Positions 45,370 to 56,771 of a stretch of DNA of 64,000 nt are shown in pieces (position 1 is the first letter of the stretch; every line of letters starts with the position of its first letter). The notes under the pieces were generated by a model. That model made no database searches. It was not told the DNA's origin and saw only the letters and a list, made by a program, of their open reading frames with translations. The stretch spans positions 1 to 64,000 of the forward strand of contig QPMI01000007.1 of NCBI GenBank assembly GCA_004431415.1. Reading direction: 5' to 3'. The translations under genes were made by a program, and so were the position numbers. This DNA comes from Cyanophora paradoxa CCMP329. Taxonomy: Eukaryota > Plantae > Glaucophyta.

Positions 45370-48300
45370 CCCCTCCTCGTCCTCCTCGTCTTCCTCGCCC
45401 TCCTCGTCGTACTCGTCGTCCTCCGAGACGACGTAGACCTCCGAGGGCCCCACCCACGAGCTCGTGTTGTCCGACCACGTCACCTGGCCCTCAGGTGAGC
45501 CGGGGGGTACGACAAGAGAAAGACTTGGGCGCAGCAGCGCACGTGCAGGAGGCCGCCGTGCATGGAGACCAGCTCGCCGACCCAGCGGGACTGGAGCGCG
45601 GGGTCGAGGTGGTGGCACGTGTGCCCGTGCCGCCCCTCGCCCCCGCCCTCGCTGGACCCGCCCTCGCCCTCCCCGCTCGAGCTCGACCCTTCCTCGCCGC
45701 TCTCGCCCTCGGCCACAGCCTCGCCGCCCTTGCCGTCCGCCGCCGCCCCCCCCGCCTCCTCCTCCTCGCTCTCCTCGCCGCTGCTGCTGTCCGAGTCGTC
45801 CAGGGGGATCGGCACCGGCTCCAGCCGCACCACGACGTCCCCGAGCCTGCAGAGCTGTAAGCTCCTCTCTCTCAATCTCTCCCTCTCTCTCTACTCTCTC
45901 GCACCGGTAGGCGTAGTCGGGGTGCTCGACGATGTCGTAGACGGAGACGGTCTCCTCCTTGACCGTCGGGTCCACCGTGATCGTCCCGTCCGAGTGCGTC
46001 CGCTGCGGCCGGGCGCGTCGGCGACGGACCGCGGGCGGGCGGGAGAGGGAAAGCCGGAGGACGGGTAAGCTTAGGCTTATTATCTTCTTGCGCGTCGGCG
46101 ATGGAGGAGCAACAACAGCTCTAACAAGGAGACGACGGCGGTGGGAACAACAGCTCTGCCACGGCACGCACCATCCAGCGGATGACGGCGGTGCGCTCCG
46201 CCACGTTGACAGAGAGCACGACACCGGCACGGCGCTGCGGGGCTTTGTTTGAGACGGGGCGGAGATATGAGAGCTGGGGCCGGGGGCGCGCGGGCCTTGA
46301 GGGCGGCGGTGCGCTTGCGGGCCTCGACGACCGACTCCTCGCGCGAGAGCTCCGGCGCCTCGTCGCCCTCCCCGTGCTCCCCGTTCGCCTCCCCGTTCGC
46401 CTCCCCGCCGCCAACTGCTGCTGCTGCCGGCGCCGCCGCCGGAGCCGGAGCCGACTCCGCCGGACTCGCCTGACTCGCCGCAGCCTCCCCGGCCTCGCTG
46501 GGGGCCGGGGCCGCCTCGGCGGCGGAGAGGGCGAGGGCGGCCTGCAGGTCGCGCTGCTCCTCCTCGTCCTCGCCCTTCTCCAGCACGAACTCGTCCGGCC
46601 AGAAGTCGTGCGCCTGCGCCCAAACGATCAGACGGAGACGCGAAGGCGAGTTCGCGCGTTCGCGCGCGCGCGCGCCTGGAGGTGCGAGGCCGGGAGGAGC
46701 TTCGTGGACTCCACGTCGCGCTCCACCGAGCCGTCCTGCCACTGCACGTCCACGCTGGTGTAGACCCGCGTCACCTGCGCGCACTGCGCCAGCGGGCTGT
46801 TCTTCTTCGCCGCCCGCTTCTTCTTGGCGGGCGCCTGCTGCCGGCTCTGCCGCCGCCGCGAGACGCCGCTCGCCACCGCCGCCATGACCCGCCGCAGGCC
46901 GGCCACCGGCCCGGAGGACGAGGAGGCGGAGGCCGCCGGCGCGTCGCATCCGTCGCTGTCGGCCTCTGCGCCTGCGCGGCCGGCCGGCCGGTAAGAGGAG
47001 AGTGTAAAAGAGCGCAGGAGAGCGCCGCCGCCGCACCGTGCGCCGCCGGCTCCTTGGTCTTGCTCCGCTTGGACTGCTCGGCGTACTCCTTGATGGACTC
47101 GGGGTCCGTGACGGTGTGGTCGCCCAGCTGCCACCAGGTCGCGCAGAAGACGGACATCGGCTGCAGCACCGCAGGCTCGCAGGCCTCAGGGGGCGGGTCC
47201 GAGTCGTCCTGCCCGTTCGCCTGCCCGTTCCTCGGCGTCAGCGGAGGCGGTGGCGGCGGCGGCGGAGGCGGCGGCGCTGGGCGCGCGCACCGCAGTGATC
47301 CAATCGACGAAGACTTCGGAGACAGTGACCGAGGCGACGGTGCCCTCCAGCCGGTTGCGGAAGGTGCCCTTGAGCCAGCGCCCCTGCTGCAGCACCCGCG
47401 CGCTCGTCGCCCGCACCCGCTGCGCGGCCGTCGGTCGGTCGGCCGGTGGTCGAGCTGAGCGCGGGCGGGCGGGCGGGCGGGGGCGGGCGCGGCGGCGCGC
47501 CTGCGTGGGGAAGAACGGCGTCTGCTCGTCAAAGGCCTCGTCCAGCGGCGTCAGGACGTCCGGCGTCGCGTTCTGGATCTTGACCTGCGCCCGGCGCGCC
47601 GGCGCGCCCCGCTCGACCCGGGCGCCGCGCGGGGCGGGGCGGGGCGGGCGGGAGGGCAACGCGGCGCACCTGGTGGCCGTCGTCGAACTGGATAACGACG
47701 TCGTCGCTCACCTGAGGGCGCGCGCTCGTGGGCCGGCGGGCGGGCGGGCGGCCCGGCACCGGCGGGTCGGAGAAGGGGCGCACGCTCTCGACTCGGCCGA
47801 GCCAGAAGCCGTGGGTCACGTAGTGGCCGGGCCGGAACTGCCGGATGTGCCCGAGCTTCTCCGAGGGGACGCGGCGGCGCTTCTGCCCGCTCTGCAGGTA
47901 CTTCAGGTCGACCGCGACTTTCACGCTCGTCACCGTGCCGCTCTGGCCGCCCACGGGGTCTCCCACGCGCACTACGATGTCTCCATGCCTGCGTCTGCGT
48001 AAGTGGGGGGGCGGGGGGCCCCAGCGCCGCCCGCCCGGCGCACATGAACGACCTGCGCAACGGCGGGCGGTGAGATGCGCGGAAGCGCGGGGCGCGGCGG
48101 GCGCCAGGGCAATCCCGACGCGCGCGAGCACCTGTCCACGAGCTCCAGACTGCTTTCCGACTCCATCTTGTTGTCGACTGACTTCAGCCAGGCGACAAGC
48201 GCAGAACCCGGCGGGACCTCCTCCTGAAATGGCTGTCAGCGCACGGGAGAGGCCGTCGGCTCATTCAAGTACCTCATAGTCGTCCTCGTCGTCCTCGGGC

Positions 48301-48526
48301 TCATCCGTGGACGTCTGAGGAGGAGCCCGACCGTGAGCGCCGCAAAGCCCGTCGCGCGCGGCGGCGCACCCGTGCCACAACGCCGATCTGCTGCGGCTTG
48401 TTCCGGAGCTGCACCACGTCGTCGTGTAGGAACTGCGCGAACTGGTCAGCGCGGCGGCGCGTTGAAGAAGAGGCAACAGCTCCCTGCGCGTTGCTCTCGC
48501 ACCTTCTGCACGTGGCGCTCTCCCAT
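42562..48526 (-). CDS. UBE2O: UBE2O / UBC23-UBC24(PHO2)-type E2/E3 hybrid ubiquitin-conjugating enzyme
   Basis: N-terminal conserved regions LELVDR|SFM|HGDIV...QSGTV, GFWLGRVE, VDVQWQDGSVE, HDFWPDEFV. C-terminal UBC domain: VQREW, IFVRAYED, VGPEGTP|YSDAVFVFD, RINPNLY|TNGKVCLSLLGTW (catalytic Cys), LQGLVLNEHPYYNEAG, ENAYLLSL. Start MGERHVQK at 48526. Confidence 0.9.
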
Positions 48527-48620
48527 TGCGGTAGAGCGACGACCTCGACCCAACTCGCCGTACCCGCACCCTGAACAGCGTACCCGGCCGGCGAGTTCAA
48601 GTCTGCGGCCAGCAGGCACG
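48527..48620. promoter_or_regulatory. Very short divergent (bidirectional) promoter region between UBE2O and the CaMK gene
   Basis: Only 94 bp separate the predicted ATGs at 48526 (-) and 48621 (+). Confidence 0.55.
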
Positions 48621-50480
48621 ATGGCGAAGATAAAGAACTCCGGTGAGGGTCTCCTCGCTTATCCCAGCAGCCCGCGCGCCATCCCCAGCGTTCCGGCATA
48701 TCCCTTGAGCGCTCCCTAAAATACGTGTGGCTAAGCCCTGGCTCCCGCATAGGCGCTCTGAACTCGCAGACACCTCTCGTAGCCCGTGCTCTTTCGAGTG
48801 ACGCCGCGTGACCTCCGTGGTCTGCAGACATTCTGAAGGACTACGACCTGGGAAAGACTCTCGGCTCGGGCTCCTTTGCGACAGTGAAGGTCGGCACGAA
48901 CAAGGTACGCAACTCGAGGCTGGGCCTTGCTCTCGCGCAACGCCTCATCACATGAGCTAATCTTTGGCGACCGCCGTAGACCACGAAGGAGAAGTTTGCT
49001 ATCAAGATCATCGAGAAGGAAAACTGCCAGGACGATTCCATCCTCAATGAGATCGAGATCCTGCAGCGGGTCAGTGGCGCCAGCTTCAGCTTTTGCAATC
49101 CGCGAACGCCCCTCCAGATATCGCACCCGAACGTGGTGGCGCTCTACGAGGCTTATCAGACGCCCAAGCGGTTGTATCTAGTAATGGAGCTGTGCGCTAT
49201 TTGCGCCTCCCTTTAGTTCTACGCGCTTCGTTTTGATCTGCCGAACTACAGGGTCACGGGCGGCGAACTATACGACAGGATTGTTGCGAGAGGAAACTAC
49301 ACAGAAAAAGACGCAGCGACGCTCATCGCGACGGTGCTTGCGCGCTGTGCGGCCGAGACGAACACATGCCGGGTCCTCATTAGCCATCCTCCTTCCGCCT
49401 GCCGCAGATCGTGAAGGCCATCGCCTACTTGCACGACAATGGCGTCGTGCACCGAGACCTAAAGCCCGAAAACCTGCTGTACGCTTCTGAGGCTTCGGAT
49501 GCGGAGATCAAGATCACAGGCGCGCCGGCGCCGCGCCGCCCGCACGTCATCTGCGCGGTCGCCCTCTTACGCGGGGCGGCAGACTTCGGCCTGTCGAAGG
49601 TTCTTAACCACGACAAGTCGATGACGACCCTCTGCGGTTCTCCCCTCTACGTCGGTCCGTCTCATGCGCTGGCGCCCCATGCCGAGCGCCGCGCTCAACC
49701 GCCCCGCAGCACCCGAGATTCTCTCGAACAAGGGCTACGACAAGGCAGTGGACATGTGGTCGATTGGCGTCCTCCTGTACATTCTGTGCGGCCGCTTTCT
49801 TTCCTTTTCGGGTCCCTTTCGCACCGATCCGTTACGCCCGCGGCAGGCTCTGCGGTTTCCCGCCGTTCTACAGCGAGAGTGAGCCTGTACTCTTCAAGCA
49901 GATCATGAAGGGCCAGTTCGACTTCCCTGACCCGGAGTGGACGGACATCAGCCCCGCCGGTGCGGACTCGCAGGGTTGCGGAGCGGCGCGGCGACGCGGC
50001 GCCCTGACCGCCCTGCGCCCCGGCAGCCAAGGAGCTCGTCACCAAGCTTCTGGACGTGAACCCAAAGACCCGCCTCACCGCCGCCCAGGCCCTCAAGCAC
50101 CCCTGGATCGCCGTGCGCCGCGCCGCGCCGCGCAGCCGCCTGCGAGGGTGCGGGCGCTGAACGCGGGGCGGGGGCGCAGACGGAGGACGGCGCGTCGGGG
50201 AGGTCCCTGCAGGACACCATCAAGGCCCTCAAGATCTTCAACGCGAAGCACAAGTTCAAGGCGCGCGCGCCGGCGGGCGGGTCCGGCGCCGCCGCGCTCT
50301 GACGCGGGGGGCGAGCAGGTGGCGGCCAAGGGTATCATCGCCGCCGGCAAGCTCGCGGCGCTGCGCGTGTACGCCCCCCCCCCCCCCCCCCCGCCCTTGC
50401 CCCTCCCTCGCGGAGCCCGCTCGCTCGCTCGCTCACCCCCCGCGCCCCTCAGTGGCGGGAAGTCCCCGGCAGAAGGGTGA
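48621..50480 (+). CDS. Ca2+/calmodulin-dependent protein kinase, CaMK1/MLCK-A-like
   Basis: [22 protein letters not shown]|[24 protein letters not shown]|[14 protein letters not shown]|[29 protein letters not shown], and an autoinhibitory/CaM-binding tail FNAKHKFK|[12 protein letters not shown]. No EF hands. Confidence 0.93.
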
Positions 50481-51278
50481 GGGCCGATGCGCTCTTCCCG
50501 TGTGCTCTTCCAGTGCGCTGACGGCGGCGCCACCGCAGGAGCTCGTGATAGCGCACAGCGCGGGTCCACATCCCAGGCGCCGATCAGGGCCGGGGGGCCT
50601 CGCCGCCCCCCACGCCGGCTGGCGCACAGACGGGGTGTGCGATCGGGTAGCGTAGGCTGCAGTGAAACCAAACCACTGATTCCCTGTCCTCGGTTTCGGC
50701 AACGAGATCTAGAGCTTGTGCGCAGACGTGTCTCTACGACTCACTAGGCGCCATCGGTCGCCCTGGGCAAGCGCTAGCCCTGGCGCCCACGGCACGCGGC
50801 GCTCAGCGGCTAGAGGAATAGCCCATGCAGCTGCAGCCTGCAGGCTGCAGCGATGCAGCGCTGCCACAGCAGCGCGAAGTCACTTTGCACAGCACAGCGC
50901 TAGCGCTAGCCCGGCACGCCGCGCTCAGCGCAACCAGGTAAAGAAATAGCGCTAGCCCATGCAGCTGCAGCGCTGGCGTCGCTTGCAGACTCACGTCCGC
51001 GAGCTCGAGTTGCACTTACAGGCACGCGCGGTCGTGACAATGGAAAGTTGCACCGCCCATTCACAGTCGATCCGGGTACAATAAAACATCGGCGCTTCCC
51101 TGCGGTCCTCTCGGCAGCAGCGGGCTTTCGCAATCGCGGCGTTCTCTTGGCGGGCACAACGCTCCGCAACGTTCCCGACGGGCTTAGTCCCGGACGGCGC
51201 CATGGTGAGAGCACGCGTGCAATTCTTCCGGGCCCTCCTGAGCCTTCGGGCGCTCGGGCGCAGGCGCAAGCCTTTGGC

Positions 51279-53850
51279 ATGATGACATCGGTTGGGATGC
51301 CTGACCCTCGGCTCCTTCCCGTGGACCCGAACTCGGTTGGGCCAACCGAGGTCTCGGGACCCTTGTCGCAGGTCCGCCACGCCGCCGCCGGGCCCGTTCC
51401 CGGGCCCTTTCTTTGATACAATATCACCAACGCCTATCTCTATCGCTTTACCTTCAGGAGTTTCCCGGCGAGCGTGACACGCTGTTCGCGGCCCAGCGAA
51501 CAGTACGTTTCGGCCACCAGCAGCGGAGTTATTCTGTGCCGACGCAGCTCGCGGATACTTCTACGGAGCGAAGAAACGCACTGGTGAAGGCCCCCGGCCG
51601 TGTCGTCGCGGGCGCGCTACTAATGCACGCCTTAGGACGCCGCTGGTCTCTCCTGCCCGCAGTCGCCGATGGGACTGCTGCCAGGCCGGCAGATGTCAGA
51701 TTCTAGCATAACCAGCATTGATAGTTATCCAAGCACCTTCTCCATCGGTTCGGCCGCTTTGGACATTGGCGGCAGCCTCAGGTCTTTGTCGCGGGTCTCA
51801 TCTGGTGAGCAACGCTACATTCTTGCATCTTAATCGTGGTGGAACTGATTTTATCCCTCTAAAAAGCAGGCGACGAGTTAAACAGGACGGTTGGCGGCTC
51901 TCCGAGCCAAGCAACCGTGTTTCCAGCACAGTCACTTCATATGCAGGGCTTGTTTGGGTGAGCGTGTTTCTTTGTGTTGTTTACTGCCTCTTGCGGTGTT
52001 CTAACGCACTGACCCGCAGGATAAATGATAAGGCCGAATATACAATGCGGCGCCCCTATGCGGGATTCCCGCCTCGGCCGGGCCCGCTCGGAGCATCCAG
52101 TATGAGGAGAACTCGATCACGCGGTACGCATGCTAAACTCTCGTTGCCGGCTGCGCGCCGTAACGTCCGCCGCAGTGAGCCTGTACGACGCCATCAACGA
52201 GGATCCATCTAGCCTGTCCGAGGACCGCGAATCAGACGGGCGCCAGGTCGAAGACGTGGAGTCTGAGCAGGAATCTGGCTTCTTCGGGGGTCCGCTTTCT
52301 GCTCTGCAATCGCCCCGAGATCCACTTATGCCGCCGCCAGACATGGAGAGCGTGAACCAGCCGCTGGAGGAGCCGACGCCGTCGGACCTGCCGCGGAGAT
52401 CGTCGGAGGAATCTTCTCAGTCGGATGTCATGGGCGAGCCTGCAGGAATAAGTATGGCGGCGGCGGCGGCAGCGGCGGCGGCGGAGCAGAACTTGGGCGT
52501 TGAGCCCAGCAGAACTCTGTTCGTTTGGGGCGTGGTTGGATCGAACATGGACGAGATCCGGACGATGTTCGAGGTGCTGACGATCACCGCCTTTTCTTTC
52601 CTTTTCCGTTCTCACGCCCGCGCCAGCAATTCGGCCCGCTGCGGACTTTCTACGCGGCAAGCAAGCACAGGGGATTCGTGATGCTCACGTACAACGACGT
52701 GCGGCACGCGACGGCGGCGAAGCGCGCGCTGCACCTCCAGCCGGGGGCGGGCAGCCCGCGGCTGTCCGTGCACTACGCCGTCTCTCCGAGCGGAGCGCGG
52801 GACGCGATGTCGCAAGGAGACGTTGGCATCTCCGGCCTCGGCTTCGATTCTGGCCCGTCGGCCGGTGCGCTGCGCTGCGCCCCGTCCGCCCGCTCTCCGT
52901 CCGCAGGCCTTCTCACCCGCGGCGCACGCGCAGGCGCACCGCCGGCGCGGAAGATGTTCGCGTCGGGCGTGCCGTCGCTGGAGCCGGTGTCAGAGACGGG
53001 GATGCTGGCCTCGACGTTCGGGCGCGTCCCGAGCATGTTCAGCGAACGCTCGGCGCCCGTCGACATGCTGCGCCCGCCGCCGGCGGACTCGGGCATGCGC
53101 GGCCCGCAGCTTTCCTCGTCCGCGCCGGCGTCGGTGCTGCAGCCGTCGGCGTTCACGCGCTCGCCCCGCCTGGATGCCGTCCCGAGCACGGGCTCGATAC
53201 CGGACCTGCACGCGCTCTCGAGCAAGCTGGAGGAGACCCCGCGAACGGCGGTCCTCGGGCTCCCGCGCATGGGCAGCGCCGGCGACCTCTCCGCGCTGGA
53301 CGGCATGTGGACCCCGAGCGCCGCTGAGTCCTCGTCCATGCGGCGCGGCGCGCCCGGCGAGGCCTCCGGGCAGTCCTCGTCCTCGTCGCCGACGCCCGCC
53401 GCGGCGCCGGCGACCTCGGCCTACGGCCAGGGCCGCTCCGCCGGCTCGATCATGCACACGAGCCTCTCCGAGCCCTCGCTCATGACCATGGGCGCGCCGC
53501 CGGCCTCGGTGCGCCTCCCCCGCCTCGGTTCGCAAACGGGGCACCGGCTGACCCCTGCGGCAGCGGATGGCGGGCGGGCAGGGCGGCATGGGACCGCCGC
53601 CGCCGGTGCCGGCGGGCGGCCGGATGCAGCAGGGGATGGGCGGGCAGGTGCCGTCGGCGGCGGTGCTGCAGCAGATGCAGGCGCAGGCGCGGGCGGCGGC
53701 GGCGGCCACGATCCAGGCGGCGAACATCGAGCTTGCGGCGCAGAAGGTCGCGGCGCAGCAGGCGGCGGCGCAGCAGGCGGCGCAGCAGGCGGCTCAGCAG
53801 CAGGCGAACCTCGAGTTCGAGCTCGCCAGCTACGGCGACTACGGCCACCA

Positions 53851-53881
<31 letters not shown>

Positions 53882-55582
53882 GCCGGCGGCGTTGCGGGGC
53901 TCACGCCCGCCGCGGCGGCGGCCGGCATGCTCGGGCTCTACGGGGATACCGCGGCGGCAGCCCGCTCGGGCTCGGCATGGGCGGGAGCCCGGCGGTCTCC
54001 CCGCTGGCGCTCGCTCAGGCGGCGGCGGCGGCGGCGGCCGGCGCGGGCGGCATGGCGCGCGGGCCCGGCGGAATGCGCAGCTCGCTCTCCATGAGCCACC
54101 TGCCCTCGGCCATGTACCAGGACCACTACCGGCGCTCGCCGTCGGACACGGCGCTCAACACCCTCGCGACCTCCTCCGTCGCCGCCGCCGTCGCAGCCGC
54201 CACCAAGGCCACCTCGGGCGCCGGCATGGGCGGGCCGGGGCCCCTCACCGGCTCGCTGGCCGGCCGCGTGCCCAAGCCCGCGTCGGCCTCCCCCGGCGCC
54301 GCACGGAGCGGCTCGGGCTCAGCGGGCGGCGCGGCGGCGGCGGGGCAGAACCCGCACCACAAGAAGCGGGCGGTTTCAGACGCCGAGGACCGAGCGGTCT
54401 TCGAGATCGACATCGAGAAGATCCGGGCCGGCCACGAGCGCCGCACGACCGTCATGGTCAAGAACATCCCGAACAAGTACAGCCAGAAGGTCCGAGCGCC
54501 CTTCATCCATCCCTGCCGGACTCGTTTCCTGATCGCCGGCGCCTCAGATGCTGCTGGCGGCGGTGGACGAGAAGCACAAGGGCCAGTACGACTTCTTCTA
54601 CCTCCCGATCGACTTCAAGAACAAGTGCAACGTCGGCTACGCCTTCATCAACTTCATCTACCCCGCCAGCATCGTCGACTTCATGATCAACTTCAACGCG
54701 AAGAAGTGGGACAAGTTCAACTCGGAGAAGGTCTGCTCCATCACCTTCGCCCGCATCCAGGGCAAGGTCGGCCCGCCCCGCCCCGCTCTGCTCGCCGGCG
54801 CCGCGGCCGCTCACGCGCGCGCGCTCCCTCCCTCGCTGCAGACGAACCTCATCCAGCACTTCCAGAACAGCTCGCTGATGTGCGAGGACAAGAAGTGCCG
54901 GCCGATCATCTTCCACTCGGACGGGCCGCTGCAGGGCGAGCAGGAGCCGTTCCCCGTCGGCAACAACATCCGCCGGCGCATGAAGTCTGAGGACGGCGGG
55001 CAGCCGGCCCCCGGGCCAGCCCCCGGCCTCGGCCTCGGGCGCGCGGCGGAGCGCTACAAGGGGCGCGCCCCCGGCGGGGCCTCCTCCATGGACTCGCTCT
55101 CCTCCATCGACCGCCCCTCCATCGACGCCGTCCGCCGCCGCGACGCCAGCGGCGGCCCGGGGCCCCGCGACGGCTCCTCGGTCGCCGCCGCCGCGGCCGC
55201 GGCCGCCGCGGCCGCCGCCGCCGCGATGGACCCGAACGGGATGCTCTCGCAGCTGCACCCGACGGCGGCGGCGCTCATGATGGCGCAGGCGCAGGCGCAG
55301 GCGCAGCACGCCCAGGCGCAGGCGCAGGCGCAGGCGGCGGCGAGCCTGGCGAACCTCGCCGGCCTGCAGCGGGGCGGGCAGGCCCTCGGACACGGTCATG
55401 GGCACGGGCACGGCCACGGGCACGGGGACCTGGCCGCGGCGATGCAGCAGATGCTCGGGGGGGGCCCGATGCTGGGCGGGGGCCCCTCGCTCGGCGCCCT
55501 CAGCCTCCGCGGGCCCATCGACCCCGCCGCCCTCTTGAGCTTCAGCCAGCTCCAGCTCGGCCGCGACGCCGCAGCCGTCTAG
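51279..55582 (+). CDS. Mei2-like (AML) RNA-binding protein; 5' exons and start uncertain
   Basis: RRM1: EPSRTLFVWGV...FE|QFGPLRTFYAASKHRGFVMLTYNDVRHA. Diagnostic RRM3: RTTVMVKNIPNKYSQK|MLL...YDFFYLPIDFKNKCNVGYAFINF...WDKFNSEKVCSITFARIQGK|..HFQNSSLMCEDKKCRP. Stop at 55580-55582. Confidence 0.88.
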
Positions 55583-56771
55583 CCGCCCGCCCCGGCCTTC
55601 TTGCCTTCCGCTTCTTTCGCTCAGCTGCTTCCTTTTTAACAGTCAGTTTGTCCCATATTACGACAAGTCGCACTAAAGCTTAATAATGACAGTTCCCTTT
55701 CTTCTCAGCTTTGCACAGACCTTTGGTACCCCCGTCTTTCTCTCCCCTCGGTTGTAAATCCTACCTTTTGTCCACACACACCTTCCGCGTCCCGCAGCTG
55801 TTCACTACCTTTCGATTAGTCACTTTCAGAACGCGGGACATTAGAGGGTGTAGGTGGGTCCAGTCAGGCCGCAAGCCATGTCCGAACGCTTGAGAGTCTG
55901 CGCGATGTGTTTTTTTCCCAGTTGCCTGATGCCCTGTACAATAATCAAAACAGTTATCTCTGAGCCTAGATCCGCAGCTAGTCGTTTTCAGGAGTTTGTA
56001 CACTTATCCCAGTGACCTTGCAGTTCCTCTGTTCAATTTCTTAGTACAGGTTGTGCTTCCAGAGCGGGCTGGGGGGTGCACGTGAGACCAGGCAGGACTA
56101 GCACTCATGATCAGAAGGGGACGTACAGCAGCTGGGCGGCCGGAGGGGACGTTGACGCGGGCCACGTGGCCCGGCTTATAGCTTAAGTTGTTTAACGTAC
56201 GCGTCGACGTCGACTCGCCGATCATCATCGGATTAATTAAGTAATTATAATTATAAGCTTCTCCGGCCGGCGGCCCACCGCCGCCCCTCGCGCCCCCGCG
56301 GCCTCCAGCTCCGAGACTCTCAATTGCCAAGGCCTCGGAGTCCGACGGTCTCGCAATTGCAATCCAGCCGCGTCATCAAAACATTGCATTTGCTTGGCAA
56401 ATGGTGCAACATGTTCGTCAAAAACATTCAATGATTCCCGCACATGCCGCAGTGCGCATGCACAGACTACAGCTGTGCATACGTACCGACGTCTAAATCA
56501 GAAGTTGACTGCATAATGAAAGAACAGCCAAACCGTGGAACAAAAATTCATAACTGTATAGCTTGAAAACGAGACAGTCGACGTCCGATCGGAACTTCGG
56601 AAGGCCGATCTTGAGACACAGCCGCTGAGCTAGCGCTAGCGCTGCCACTTCATGATCAAATTATATATTTAAAGAAAGTACTAGTACCGTTGAAATCAAC
56701 TATATAGATTGTCAGGATCTATCTTGGTGGATCTAGACTACGAAAAGAACGTCGTGATTGTGCCACGGTGA

